DNA of 64,000 nt, taken from Candidatus Ozemobacteraceae bacterium (GTDB lineage Bacteria > Muiribacteriota > Ozemobacteria > Ozemobacterales > Ozemobacteraceae). The notes beneath the pieces were generated by a model. It was given only the letters and a program-made list of their open reading frames with translations, did not search any database and was not told the DNA's origin. Within the stretch, counting starts at the first letter, position 1; every line of letters begins with the position of its first letter. Shown in pieces: positions 9,401-18,951 of this stretch. Both the position numbers and the translations under genes were made by a program. The DNA lies in NCBI GenBank assembly GCA_965140445.1, contig OZ223236.1:4992001-5056000 (forward strand), written 5' to 3'.

Positions 9401-11144
9401 CAATTTCAGGAAGACTCTCAAAGAGATTTTCAAATCTTTCCTTACTCTCTGCCAGCGCCTGCTTCATTTCCTGGGTATCAGTCACATCCTGGACAGAACC
9501 ATGAGTCCCCAGGGGCTTTCCTTTGCTGTCATAGTCGATACAAGTCACAGAAGTTAGCCACTTAAGATTATTTTGATAGGAAATTATTCGAAAATGATTT
9601 ACAAATTCACTCTGGCCTTTTTCGATTGCTTCATGCACTTTGGCGCGAAATTTTTCTCGGTCCTCGGGATGAATAAAATTGGTAAACTCCATTGCCGGAA
9701 CCGTTGTTTCTGTTGCAGAATCAAGAAAGATCCTTGACGCCTCAAGGGAGCCAAAATATTGGTTCGTTTCAAAATCGTGATAAAAGTACCCTATTTTTGC
9801 CAGTGATTGAACTTCAAGAAGTTTCTGTTCTCGCTCTTTTAGTTTTTTCTGAGCTTTTTTCTTTTCTGTAACATCTCTCACTATGCACAAAATGGATTCA
9901 TCCAACCAACTTTCCATAAAGTGTACGCTTAATTCTACGGAGATATTTCTTTTATTGTGGTTTTGAATTTCTGCTTCGAAAAAAACAAATTTATCATTCC
10001 TGATTTCTTCTAGAAAATTTCCTGGAAAGCCACGGTACATATCAAAAAGATTTTCGACTCGTAAATTTTCTAAAAGCTCTTCCCTTGAGCAGCCAATTAT
10101 ATTGCATGCGGCCTGATTCACTTCATAGAAAGGCTGGTCTTGAAGGACTTTATCTCTGACAACCAGCTTATGCAGAAAAACTCCATCTTTAAGCGTTTCC
10201 AAGAGCTGATAGAACCTTCGCTCCGAAATTTCTGCAATCTTGCTTGAGTCCCTGAAATCATTAAGCTCTTCAGCACTTTTCTCAAGTATTTTTTTGTATT
10301 CATAAAGTTTAAAATAGACAATGGTAAAAACCAGAATAAATAAAAAGAAAATGATTAAAATGCCCCATGAATTCCCATGCTTATGGTTAAGGAAAAATCT
10401 ACCTTTTAAATGTTGGTAAAAGGAATTTGGATCATGCTCCCAGATACCAATCCAATGATTAATTCTTTCGATAAACTCTTTACCTTTTAGACTTCCCGTA
10501 GATGCAATTGTATGAAAAAACCACTGTTCAAAGAATTCATTTTCTTCAAAAATCTTTGCATATTTATTACTATTAAAAGACAACTTGTTATCTAGAACAC
10601 AATCTATTTCACCATTAGCTAATGCGTCATATAGTTTTGGATACTCATCAAAACAAACTTCAACGAAATCAAATCCCAAATCTGCCATTTTTATCTTAAG
10701 AAGTTTCCCAAAAATGCACCCCGAAATTACACCGATACGTTTTCCAGCGATTTCATTAAAGCTTCCTATTTTGTGCCCAGGGGCAGTAATAAAAACGCTT
10801 TTGTTTGGAATTATTAGAAATCCTGCTTCAAAAATCTTCTCTTGGGTAGGCAAAAGCCCTCTTGAATAACCACAAATCAAATCCGTTTTGGGAGATATTC
10901 CATCAGAACTGCAACAAGAAAAGGGCTCAAACTCAAGAGAATAGGAATCCAACTTCGCAATTTCAGTTATTAACTCAATAAAAAAGCCTGAAGGCTGATT
11001 TTTTGAATCTTTATAGCAAAGGGGAAAAAGTTTTTCAGGATATCCAACGCTTATAGTTTTTGCTGAAAAAAGCGGAGATACAAAAAACAATAAGAAAGTA
11101 GTCAGCCAAAGAAAAATAAATTTTTGCGGAAAAATGGTTTTCAT
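6426..11144 (-). CDS. Hybrid sensor histidine kinase: periplasmic SBP-type domain, TM, six PAS/PAC, HisKA, HATPase, receiver
   Basis: Signal/TM N-terminus, PSGFFIELI (SBP family 3-like), six PAC ends (RDVTE, QDVTD, RNISE, QDIHE, QDVSD, SDVTE), H-box NMSHEIRTPLN, NLVGNAVKFT, DTGIGI, GGTGLGL, receiver VVDD/MDIRM/KP. ATG at 11144 preferred over TTG at 11165. Confidence 0.95.
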   Translation of the reverse strand: MKTIFPQKFIFLWLTTFLLFFVSPLFSAKTISVGYPEKLFPLCYKDSKNQPSGFFIELITEIAKLDSYSLEFEPFSCCSSDGISPKTDLICGYSRGLLPTQEKIFEAGFLIIPNKSVFITAPGHKIGSFNEIAGKRIGVISGCIFGKLLKIKMADLGFDFVEVCFDEYPKLYDALANGEIDCVLDNKLSFNSNKYAKIFEENEFFEQWFFHTIASTGSLKGKEFIERINHWIGIWEHDPNSFYQHLKGRFFLNHKHGNSWGILIIFFLFILVFTIVYFKLYEYKKILEKSAEELNDFRDSSKIAEISERRFYQLLETLKDGVFLHKLVVRDKVLQDQPFYEVNQAACNIIGCSREELLENLRVENLFDMYRGFPGNFLEEIRNDKFVFFEAEIQNHNKRNISVELSVHFMESWLDESILCIVRDVTEKKKAQKKLKEREQKLLEVQSLAKIGYFYHDFETNQYFGSLEASRIFLDSATETTVPAMEFTNFIHPEDREKFRAKVHEAIEKGQSEFVNHFRIISYQNNLKWLTSVTCIDYDSKGKPLGTHGSVQDVTDTQEMKQALAESKERFENLFESLPEIAILHELLDGETKIIEFNKLAETELGLSSETIKSKGWSAICPRKFPELMENFERLLETEIPSFFETEFQCGKSGAMPYEIVSRLVDFGDKKRIISVARNISERKAYDRLIRNEAERLKLALDVAGAGSWTLDVLSGEFEPSDSWYKLTGFENRTGKEFPIDLLMKHIHPDDQLLVVKAREEYLTGQKEQYEAEFRFNTQSGWRWMMTKGTIFKWDESGTPIKIHGLHQDIHERKLVEELLRRNQLLLEDAQRLGQIGHWFVDVRTGRVEWSRELYRICQKPIETFIPNSSSLRELIPETELEEYDERWKRAKEDGVAFEMSHRILLPDGDERYVHDLGKAEFDKKGHLIQLFGTLQDVSDKKDNELALISSEREKSVILDNVVDGICFVDYELKIVWANARFENILGISDRNIPKGLSFKELLKGENEAFLNVIKGAITIGSQVGEEMEFRGGFYQLNASPVFDSEGFLIGCVETISDVTERKKSLLEVKKARIDAEKAKEIAEKANMAKSEFLANMSHEIRTPLNAVIGFSNLMETQLKEARLVNFATAISSAGKSLLTLINDILDLSKIEAGKLKINVSALSPELLIKEIKNIFKLKAEQKEIDFICKINHDFPQVLFSDEVRLRQILMNLVGNAVKFTEIGEIKIEFSEENKTEETLDFVISVSDTGIGIEEDQQERIFSPFEQHEGHDTRKFGGTGLGLAITGRLIDLLGGKISVKSSPGKGSHFKVILPGVKYSNKIEDLQISRVDRDTAYEFNHEKVLVVDDVKNNRDVLCEILKPVSITPILAASGFEAIEKYKAEKPDLILMDIRMAEMDGVQTALKIRKLDKNNETPIVAVTASIKGESPVNYSDIFDDLIYKPVEAVKIYKVLNKFLDCKKTIKDFEDPLAWKAELEACINEEISGCYELVGKISIEVKPLLETLECGISIDDVAELSLIFDRLGVEFNSEFLVNLSSKLSIANTSLDIGRIEACLAIFNRWFLILKKQALK

Positions 11145-11149
11145 CTTAT

Positions 11150-11872
11150 CTAATCCCTGCCGCAATCATACCATAGAAAACAAAAAGTCTTAAATCTCAC
11201 CGCAATAGGAAACATAGTAAAAATAATAGCTGTTAAAAATAAAAGAGAGTGTAATTCGCTCTTTCTTGCTGAAGTAAGCACTTTTATCTCTGGGAATATT
11301 TTAAAAACCTGTTTATTCTTTCTACCCAGCTTTTTCAACTTTTTCGAAAGGTCGATTTCTTCTGAAGCAAAAAGATTTTCATTGAAACCTCCAACTTCAT
11401 TAAAAGCCTTTTTATCGGCAAAAATAAAGCAACCTGCTGCAAATGAAAAAGAAGTGGAAATCATTTTCCAAAAAGCTAGTGATGCATTAAAAAGATAATT
11501 CTTTGCAACATCAAATTCTGGAAGAACTCCCCCCCCGCAGACCTTACCCCTGGCCAGAATGGGTAGTAATTTTTTAAAAATATCTATTGGAACAACCGTG
11601 TCAGCATCTGTAAAAAATAAAAAATTTCCTTTTGCTCTATTTGCACCTGCATTTCTTGCTTTTGCAATCTGCCTTTTTTCCTCAAAAACGACTGTCGCTC
11701 CATAATCTCTTGCGATTTGTGCTGTTTTGTCCGTTGAATTATTGTCCACAACAATAAGCTCCCCCGAAAACTTTGCATTTGCAATAGCTTTATTTAGGGA
11801 AGACAAGGTCTTTGCAATCAGTTTTTCCTCGTTATAGGCAGGTACAATTACTGAGAAATAAGTGTTTTCCAT
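11150..11872 (-). CDS. Glycosyltransferase family 2
   Basis: SVIVPAYNEE, VVDNNSTD, ARNAGA, DAD motif, GGFNE...SEE, TSARK. ATG at 11872 (MENTY) preferred. Confidence 0.92.
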   Translation of the reverse strand: MENTYFSVIVPAYNEEKLIAKTLSSLNKAIANAKFSGELIVVDNNSTDKTAQIARDYGATVVFEEKRQIAKARNAGANRAKGNFLFFTDADTVVPIDIFKKLLPILARGKVCGGGVLPEFDVAKNYLFNASLAFWKMISTSFSFAAGCFIFADKKAFNEVGGFNENLFASEEIDLSKKLKKLGRKNKQVFKIFPEIKVLTSARKSELHSLLFLTAIIFTMFPIAVRFKTFCFLWYDCGRD

Positions 11873-11967
11873 AATCACCGCATTAATTTTGTAAAACCAT
11901 AAAAAAGCATCCAACTCAAGCTCATATCATATCAGCTTATGAGTATAGCAACAACTTCTGAGAAAAT

Positions 11968-11996
11968 TTGACAACGATACAATAAAAAACTACAAT
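11968..11996 (+). promoter_or_regulatory. Sigma70-type promoter for the TetR/LolA-like/ABC operon
   Basis: TTGACA (11968-11973), 17 bp spacer, TACAAT (11991-11996). Confidence 0.8.
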
Positions 11997-12019
11997 TATG
12001 ACCGACCGGTCGGTCATAA
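11996..12019. promoter_or_regulatory. TetR operator (perfect 24-bp palindrome)
   Basis: TTATGACCGACCGGTCGGTCATAA is its own reverse complement. It abuts the -10 box, covers the expected transcription start and ends 24 bp before a TetR gene. Confidence 0.85.
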
Positions 12020-12043
12020 AAAACATAAAGAAAGAGCAATCAG

Positions 12044-12676
12044 ATGTCTCCCAAAATAGTTAATAAAACTAAGAAACGAGAAGAAATTGCAAATGTAGCT
12101 ATAGAAACCTTTGCAGAAAACGGATTTGAATCCACATCCATGAACTTGATTGCATCCAGAGCTGGAATAGGGAAAGGAACTCTTTACCAGTATTTTAAAT
12201 CACGGGAAGAGCTTATTTTCACAGCAATTGAAGTTTGCTTAAGTAATCATTCCAAAAATTTACACAAAAATCTTGCAGGAAAAGGAAATTGTAGAAAAAA
12301 ACTCTTCGATGCAGTCTGCAGCTTTGTTGAATACTTTTTTGAGAACCATGTTTCACAAGGCTTTCTCATACAATCAACCCATTTATTATCAAGGACAATT
12401 TATCACGACAGAGTAATAAAGCAGTTCTCTGAATATAGGGAAAGATTTAGAAGCACAATTGCACAGCATATAGAAAAAGGATGTGCATCAGGAGAGTTTA
12501 ACAAGCTTTCAGAAGAAGAAATTTATCTTCACTCCATGAATTTAGTCAGTTTTGCAGACGGCTTATTTAGCACCTGTCTATTACTCGGATCAAAAAACCA
12601 ACTTAAAAATTTTTGCGAAGCCTTTTTGAATTCCCTATTTGCGTATATAGCAAATAATACGAAGGAGAAAAAATGA
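12044..12676 (+). CDS. TetR/AcrR family transcriptional regulator
   Basis: FAENGFESTSMNLIASRAGIGKGTLYQYFKSREEL helix-turn-helix. Confidence 0.95.
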   Translation: MSPKIVNKTKKREEIANVAIETFAENGFESTSMNLIASRAGIGKGTLYQYFKSREELIFTAIEVCLSNHSKNLHKNLAGKGNCRKKLFDAVCSFVEYFFENHVSQGFLIQSTHLLSRTIYHDRVIKQFSEYRERFRSTIAQHIEKGCASGEFNKLSEEEIYLHSMNLVSFADGLFSTCLLLGSKNQLKNFCEAFLNSLFAYIANNTKEKK

Positions 12677-13425
12677 AAAATTATTTTATGGGATTATGCC
12701 TTTTAATTTCGACATTTTGGTGTTTTTCGGCAACTGCTCAAACAGCATCTCAGACAATGAATCCGATTGAGCTTGTAAGAAAGATTGAAACACAATATCA
12801 AGGAAAGACATCTCATGGCAAAACCAGAATGTCTATAAAAACCAGCAACTGGGCAAGAACCCTTGAAATGGAAAGCTGGTCTGAAGGTAGAGAAAGCTTT
12901 TTAACCAAAATTCTTTCTCCAAGAAAAGAAAAGGGAACATGCACCCTAAAAGTCGAAAATAACATTTGGAACTACCTTCCCAAAATTGATCGCATGATTA
13001 AAATTCCTTCCAGTTTAATGGGAGATTCGTGGATGGGCAGTCATCTTACCAATGATGATCTGGTTAAAGAAAATAAAATTGATGAACTATATGAACTCAA
13101 TTTCTCTAATATCAGTTCAGAAAGCGCTGAAATAGTAGGAATTCCTAAGAAAGATGCTGCAGTAGTCTGGGGAAAAATACTCTACAAAATTGATCTGATA
13201 AAAATGATTCCAATTCAAACAGATTATTTTGACGAAGAAGGCGAAAAGGTAAGAACAATAAGCTTTTCCGATGTTGAAAAAATTAATGGAAGATGGCTTC
13301 CAAAAAGAATGCGAATAACTCCCATTGAAAAGCCTGGCGAATACACAGAAATGCTCTACCTGAATATTGAGTTTGATGTAAAAATCTCCAAAGGCCTGTT
13401 TTCAATAAAATCCTTGAGAAAGTAA
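12673..13425 (+). CDS. LolA-like outer membrane lipoprotein-sorting protein
   Basis: Signal peptide; SPRKEKGT, IWNYLPKIDR, SWMGSHLTNDDL, YFDEEG; ATGA overlap with tetR. Confidence 0.85.
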   Translation: MKNYFMGLCLLISTFWCFSATAQTASQTMNPIELVRKIETQYQGKTSHGKTRMSIKTSNWARTLEMESWSEGRESFLTKILSPRKEKGTCTLKVENNIWNYLPKIDRMIKIPSSLMGDSWMGSHLTNDDLVKENKIDELYELNFSNISSESAEIVGIPKKDAAVVWGKILYKIDLIKMIPIQTDYFDEEGEKVRTISFSDVEKINGRWLPKRMRITPIEKPGEYTEMLYLNIEFDVKISKGLFSIKSLRK

Positions 13426-13427
13426 AA

Positions 13428-14654
13428 ATGATAATTCTAAAACTAGCATATCGAAATCTCTGGCGGAATAAGCGTAGAACACAACTGACCATGGGAGCTA
13501 TGATTTTTGCGTGCTCACTTTTGGTTTTTTCCTTAGGATACTATGATGGAATCTTATGGAATCTTATCAACAATGCAACCGAAAAAGAGAATGGCCATAT
13601 CACTATTGCTGCAAAAAGCTACATTGAAAATCCAACCTTAAATCTGACTATTCCTCAGAATACATCTTTGCCTCCAATAATTGAAAAAGACCTTAAGGGT
13701 ATTTGCCCCAGAATCAACGTTTTTGGACTTTTGAGCAAAAATTCAGAAGGAAAAAGTAGAACTCAGCCGACCCAGATACTTGGGGTTGATCCAGAAAAAG
13801 AGAAAAAATGCAGCAGGCTAAGCAAAAGTATAATTCAAGGCAGCTTTCTTGGAGTTGCTTCAAATTCTGTAATTTTGGGTAAAGGGTTAGCTCAAAAACT
13901 TGAAGCAAAGATTGGCGATGAGATAATACTTATGAGTAGCGCAGCTGACGGATCAATGGTTTCAGAATTGCTCACCTTAAAAGGAATTTTTGACACTGAA
14001 GATCCCTTGAGAGATTCCTCTCTAGCAATTATTAATATTAAATCCGCGCAAACTCTTTTTGCTTTGGAGACCAAAATTCATTCTCTCCGCCTGTTTGTTA
14101 AGAATCCTCTCCAATCAAAGATAATTGCAAAAAAAATTGCCAATCTTTCCCCAAAGCTTGAAGCAACGCCGTGGAATACTATGTTCCCACAAATTTCAAA
14201 CGGATTGGAAATATGGTTTTCCATGCAGGTCTTTACTACGATAATTTACTATTCAGCGGTTTTGCTAATCACTTTTAACACAATGTATATGGCATTTTTG
14301 GAAAGACTTAGAGAATTTGCAATTATCGGAGCAATTGGACTTACAAAGGTCAGACTTGCGGGATTAATAGTTTCAGAAAGTTGCATGATTGCCACAACTT
14401 CAGCATTTATAGGAAGTTTAATAGGATTAGTATTAAATTTCACTCTTCATTCCTACCCAATACCGATGGATAGATGGATGTCCAGCATTTCATGGGGGGG
14501 CTCAAACCTTGCTCCAGAGATTTTTTGTGTGCCATCAATTATGAATACACTTTTACCATTCCTTTCAATGATAGCTCTAGGCTTTATTGTTGCAGCATTA
14601 CCAGCCTGGAAGCTTTTCAGATTAAAACCTGTAGAAGCTTTAAGGGAGGTGTAA
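13428..14654 (+). CDS. ABC transporter permease (FtsX/LolE/MacB-type)
   Basis: LAYRNLWRNKRRT, ERLREFAIIGAIG, PVEALR; 1+3 TM layout. Confidence 0.92.
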   Translation: MIILKLAYRNLWRNKRRTQLTMGAMIFACSLLVFSLGYYDGILWNLINNATEKENGHITIAAKSYIENPTLNLTIPQNTSLPPIIEKDLKGICPRINVFGLLSKNSEGKSRTQPTQILGVDPEKEKKCSRLSKSIIQGSFLGVASNSVILGKGLAQKLEAKIGDEIILMSSAADGSMVSELLTLKGIFDTEDPLRDSSLAIINIKSAQTLFALETKIHSLRLFVKNPLQSKIIAKKIANLSPKLEATPWNTMFPQISNGLEIWFSMQVFTTIIYYSAVLLITFNTMYMAFLERLREFAIIGAIGLTKVRLAGLIVSESCMIATTSAFIGSLIGLVLNFTLHSYPIPMDRWMSSISWGGSNLAPEIFCVPSIMNTLLPFLSMIALGFIVAALPAWKLFRLKPVEALREV

Positions 14655-14656
14655 CA

Positions 14657-15895
14657 ATGCTTTGGATACAATTGGCCTGGAGAAATCTTTGGCGAAACAG
14701 TGCTAGAACCATTGTGCAACTTGCAGTTATAGCTGGAAGCCTTTTCTTTTCAATCTGGATGAATAACATTGCGGTCGGTTCTTACGATAAAATGATTGAA
14801 GATGCTGTAAAAATGGGAAGTGGCCATATTTCTTTTCATTTTCCAGGATATATTACAGAAAGAAAAACTGATATGATCTTCAACCTCAATGAAGCCCAGC
14901 AGCTTATAAAAGGCCTGGATCAAGTAAAAAAAACGATGCCAAGACTTCTTATACCAGCGTTAGCGAGGAGCAGCAGAGATAATAAGTCATCAATGGTTAT
15001 GGGAATCGATTTTGAAAAAGAAATAGATACAAACCCCATTTTACAACCATCAAAACTCGTCAGTGGTGAAATTCCTCCTTACTCTAAAACAAACAGAGCT
15101 TTCCTGGGGGCAAAATTAGCTAAGATTCTAAGTTTAAAAGTTGGCCAAAAGTTTGTTTTAATGTTCCAGGACTTAAACGGAGAAATTGCCTCAAAGCTTT
15201 TTCGTGTTGGGGGAACTTTTAAAAGCGGTATTTCACAACTGGACTCATCTACTATAATGGTAGACAGAAAATCCATTGCCAAGACATTTGGCAATTCAGA
15301 GGCAGTTCATGAACTAGCTATTTTGCTAAAATCAAAAAAGCATTTACAAAAAATCGTAGATTCAATTTCTGCCAAAATAAAAGATCCAAAAAAACTGGGC
15401 ATTTATTCGTGGAATGAAACAATGAAACAAGTTGCTGATGCCATGAAAATGGATCATGCGCAGTTCAAAATTATGGTTATTATGCTTTATGTGCTTGTTG
15501 GAGTCGGAACGGTAAACTTGATGCTCATGAGTGTGCTTGAAAGAACCAGAGAATTTGGCCTACTTCGCGCTATCGGCTTAGATAAAAAGCAAATAAAAAA
15601 AGTCGTTAAAATCGAAGCAGCGCTTTTGGGAATGTTTGGTACATTTATCGGCTTTACGTTAGCCACAATCAGCAGTGCGTATTCATGGCATTATGGTTTG
15701 GATTTTACTGCCCTGGTCGGCGGCGATCAGGAAATGGCGGGAATGCTTTTTACACCAATAATTCATAGTGCATGGGACATTCCATGGATGATTGGACTTT
15801 CAATATCTATGATGATAATCGTTTTTCTTGCTTCAATATACCCTTCAAACAAAGCTTTAAAGGCCAATCCTGCTGAAGCAATGCGTAAATACTAA
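14657..15895 (+). CDS. Second ABC transporter permease (FtsX/LolE-type)
   Basis: LAWRNLWRNSART, SVLERTREFGLLRAIG, PAEAMR. ATG at 14657 follows a GGAGG RBS; the ORF-track extension to 14474 is not credible. Confidence 0.92.
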   Translation: MLWIQLAWRNLWRNSARTIVQLAVIAGSLFFSIWMNNIAVGSYDKMIEDAVKMGSGHISFHFPGYITERKTDMIFNLNEAQQLIKGLDQVKKTMPRLLIPALARSSRDNKSSMVMGIDFEKEIDTNPILQPSKLVSGEIPPYSKTNRAFLGAKLAKILSLKVGQKFVLMFQDLNGEIASKLFRVGGTFKSGISQLDSSTIMVDRKSIAKTFGNSEAVHELAILLKSKKHLQKIVDSISAKIKDPKKLGIYSWNETMKQVADAMKMDHAQFKIMVIMLYVLVGVGTVNLMLMSVLERTREFGLLRAIGLDKKQIKKVVKIEAALLGMFGTFIGFTLATISSAYSWHYGLDFTALVGGDQEMAGMLFTPIIHSAWDIPWMIGLSISMMIIVFLASIYPSNKALKANPAEAMRKY

Positions 15896-16590
15896 TGGAG
15901 ACTGAAATGGAAATTGTAAAACTTAAATCTGTATCAAGGCACTACAAATCTGGGAGCTTAACAGTTAAGGCAGTTGATAACCTTGATCTTGAAATAGAAA
16001 GAGGCGAATTTACAGTTTTAGCAGGTCCATCTGGCAGTGGTAAAACTACCTTACTTAATATGATTGGAGGTCTGGACCGCTCAACTAGTGGAGAAATTCA
16101 TCTTGACGGAGATATTCTAAACAATATGTCCGACGATCAGCTTACACATGAAAGATTAAAAAAAATTGGTTTTGTATTCCAGGCTTATAACCTGATTCCA
16201 GTATTAAGCGCATACGAAAATGTTCAGTTTATTTTGCAGATTCAAGGAATACCAGAAAAAGATCACAAAGACAGAATTATGCCAATTCTTGAAGAATTGG
16301 GGCTACAGGGAATGGAAGATAGAAGGCCTCAAGAGCTCAGTGGTGGACAACAACAAAGGGTAGCTGTAGCCAGAGCAATTGTTGGTGATCCTGCTATTAT
16401 TCTAGCGGATGAGCCTACAGCGAATCTTGATTCAGAATCTGCAGTAAATTTACTTAACTTAATGAAAAGGTTAAATGAAGATAAAAAAGTAACATTTCTA
16501 TTCAGCTCCCATGACCAAAAAGTTATTGATATAGCAAGAAGAGTAATCCACTTAAGAGATGGAAAAATTCAGCACGATGAAAAGCGATAA
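15895..16590 (+). CDS. ABC transporter ATP-binding protein (LolD-like)
   Basis: Walker A GPSGSGKT, GFVFQAYNL, LSGGQQQR, ILADEPTANLD, H-loop SSHD. Confidence 0.96.
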   Translation: METEMEIVKLKSVSRHYKSGSLTVKAVDNLDLEIERGEFTVLAGPSGSGKTTLLNMIGGLDRSTSGEIHLDGDILNNMSDDQLTHERLKKIGFVFQAYNLIPVLSAYENVQFILQIQGIPEKDHKDRIMPILEELGLQGMEDRRPQELSGGQQQRVAVARAIVGDPAIILADEPTANLDSESAVNLLNLMKRLNEDKKVTFLFSSHDQKVIDIARRVIHLRDGKIQHDEKR

Positions 16591-17842
16591 TCAGGTCTCC
16601 AATTCATTCCAAAAATATATTCTCATAACTGGTTTAGCAATACTTTGCTCAATTTCCTCTACGAAATCTTTTGCATCAGATACCATCGGAGCTTACCGGC
16701 AAATTTTTCAATTTCGAAAATCACCTCAGTATTCAATATCAGCTTTTCCAGATTTAAAAGAAAAAACATGGACAACACAAAGCCTCTTAAGGCTTTCTCA
16801 TTCAAGATATATGGGAGAAGTCAGATTGAAAGCTGAAATGGAGTTTAGTGGATTATTCGATTCCCAAAACCCATTTTCCAACAGATCTAATGCGTGGAGC
16901 GGAGCGAAACAAAGTTCGACATTAACTGGTTGGAAAACAGATTCCTCCCTTCTAAAAACACCAAATACAAGCATTGTTAGTAATCTGGAAAGACTCGAAC
17001 TTTCCTTCTCATCAGGAAATTTCGATTTTCAGGTTGGAAGACAACCGATCAGCCTTGGTACAAGTCACTTTACTGGTGTCCTTGATGTAATTTCTCCATT
17101 TTATCCTGGATATTTAGATAGTTCATATAAGCCTGGAGTAGACGGGATAAGAATCAGAACTCTAAAGGGCGATACCGGCGAAATGGAATTGATATTGGTT
17201 ACGGGAAAAAAATCCTCAGATTCTACCTATCTTGCAAGAATTAGAGATACATATGCAGAAATTGATCTAGAGCTTCTAGCGGGAAAACTGAGAAACAGAA
17301 ATTTTCTTGGAGCTGGCTGGGAGGGAGAAAGACGTCGAGTAAACATTTGGGGAGAGGTTGCAATCTTTGAAAGGAAAACCGATTTAGAAAAAATCCTTGG
17401 AGGAATCTCTGATAAATACGCAATTTCATGGATAGCGGGTCTGGAAAAAGATACTGGCTACGACTGGCGCTTGGGGATAGCCTATCTTCATCAGGATTTT
17501 GGTGCCAGAACTCCCGAGTCTCTTCCCATTGCATATTCTGGTTTGTCATTTAAACAAGGCTGGACCCATTTGGGAGCCTCGAGCTATATCATGGTTTCTG
17601 CCACAAGAGAAATGAATCCGCTGGTTAATTTAAATATAAACGGAATTTACAATTGCACTGATAATTCATCAATGTGGCAACCAACCCTGTCAATAAGTAC
17701 TGGCGACAACTCTGACCTTGTTTTTTTTATTTGGATGGGTCATGGTCGGGAATCTGAAGTTAAAGCCCCGGGAATTATTCAGCGATCAGAATTTGGTGAC
17801 TTTCCCAAAGGAGGGGGGCTGGTGGTTAGACGTTTTTTTTAA
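16577..17842 (+). CDS. Putative outer-membrane beta-barrel protein
   Basis: Signal peptide, alternating aromatic beta pattern, VGRQPISLG, KPGVDGIR, C-terminal Phe. Last gene of the ABC operon; start uncertain (16559 or 16577). Confidence 0.65.
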   Translation: MKSDNQVSNSFQKYILITGLAILCSISSTKSFASDTIGAYRQIFQFRKSPQYSISAFPDLKEKTWTTQSLLRLSHSRYMGEVRLKAEMEFSGLFDSQNPFSNRSNAWSGAKQSSTLTGWKTDSSLLKTPNTSIVSNLERLELSFSSGNFDFQVGRQPISLGTSHFTGVLDVISPFYPGYLDSSYKPGVDGIRIRTLKGDTGEMELILVTGKKSSDSTYLARIRDTYAEIDLELLAGKLRNRNFLGAGWEGERRRVNIWGEVAIFERKTDLEKILGGISDKYAISWIAGLEKDTGYDWRLGIAYLHQDFGARTPESLPIAYSGLSFKQGWTHLGASSYIMVSATREMNPLVNLNINGIYNCTDNSSMWQPTLSISTGDNSDLVFFIWMGHGRESEVKAPGIIQRSEFGDFPKGGGLVVRRFF

Positions 17843-17913
17843 CCATGCATTTCTGCTGGATTTAGCATAGAATATAAAAAGGGTTCTCAAAGTAGTTTCA
17901 CAATAGGGAATTT

Positions 17914-18951
17914 ATGAAAAATTTCGGGCAGAAAACCAAAAGTGCGGTCATTTTGATATCAACTTTGTTCATATGCCTGCTCATTTTCTATTTGAGCACC
18001 GAGGTAAAAAGCTACCAGGAGTCCGAAAAGAAAAAAAAATTTAAAGCCATTTTAAGTGAAATTTCAGATCATATTTCGACTGAAAGTCAATTGGCCCTCA
18101 ACCAGCTAAAAATGCTTTCTAATGAGCTGGAGAAAGCTTACCTGAACTCTGAAAGATGCCCGGAACTATCAAGTACATCATTCCAATTTACTGAAACGGG
18201 AATGTTATACAATGACCATACCTCTGCGGTCTCTTCGATATGGGCTCCAGCCAAGGCAGAAAAAAGTTTTGTCTTAAAGTCACTCGCCATTTCAAAATTG
18301 GCAGAACCAACCATGAAGGAACTTGTAAGTAAAGGTTCTATTTTTTCACAGGCTTACTTCAATGATAACTACTTTTCGGCACGTATCGTTCCCCCAATTG
18401 ATGTACAAGCACAGCTGAAAGATGATCTGCAAATACCTGAAATGAACTTTTTCTACCTTGCAGATCCAAAGCATAATCCATCTTGCAAAGCAATTTGGAT
18501 ATCTGAACCTTACGTGGACCCAGCAGGCAGAGGTCGTGTTATCTCCGCTATTGCGCCTGTTTATTTAAAGGACCAATTTATGGGCGTCTGCGGAGCAGAC
18601 ATCTCAATTTTTTCAATTATAAACAGATGGTTTCAAAACTTTAAGGATTTGAATATAATTATTTTGAGTCAAAGTGGACAAATTGTTTTTGGCAATTCTG
18701 ACGCCTATAGCCTCCTTTCTCTCCCTGACCCCGTTGAATATCAGTATACAGGCTCCATAAGGAGCTTTACGTTTATGCCAGATACTTACAATTTGCTGAA
18801 AAGTCCGACAAATGAAGTTAGAAAAGCTGCTGTGCAAATACTAAAAGAAGAAAAAAAAGAAACTTCTTTCTGTATAAAAAATAAAGTAACCACCTTGTTG
18901 GCTGAGAAACTAAAAAAAATAGATTGGACAATCGTAATCGTTTTATCATGA
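17914..18951 (+). CDS. Membrane-anchored stand-alone Cache-type sensor domain protein
   Basis: One N-terminal TM; WISEPYVDPAGRG.VIS.IAPVY...FMGVCGAD is a dCache signature; ends at WTIVIVLS with no cytoplasmic output domain. Confidence 0.8.
   Translation: MKNFGQKTKSAVILISTLFICLLIFYLSTEVKSYQESEKKKKFKAILSEISDHISTESQLALNQLKMLSNELEKAYLNSERCPELSSTSFQFTETGMLYNDHTSAVSSIWAPAKAEKSFVLKSLAISKLAEPTMKELVSKGSIFSQAYFNDNYFSARIVPPIDVQAQLKDDLQIPEMNFFYLADPKHNPSCKAIWISEPYVDPAGRGRVISAIAPVYLKDQFMGVCGADISIFSIINRWFQNFKDLNIIILSQSGQIVFGNSDAYSLLSLPDPVEYQYTGSIRSFTFMPDTYNLLKSPTNEVRKAAVQILKEEKKETSFCIKNKVTTLLAEKLKKIDWTIVIVLS

Noticed and set aside
18924..18951. Frameshift splitting one Cache-kinase gene
   Set aside because: The junction is a standard ATGA coupling and the kinase has its own two-TM sensor region.
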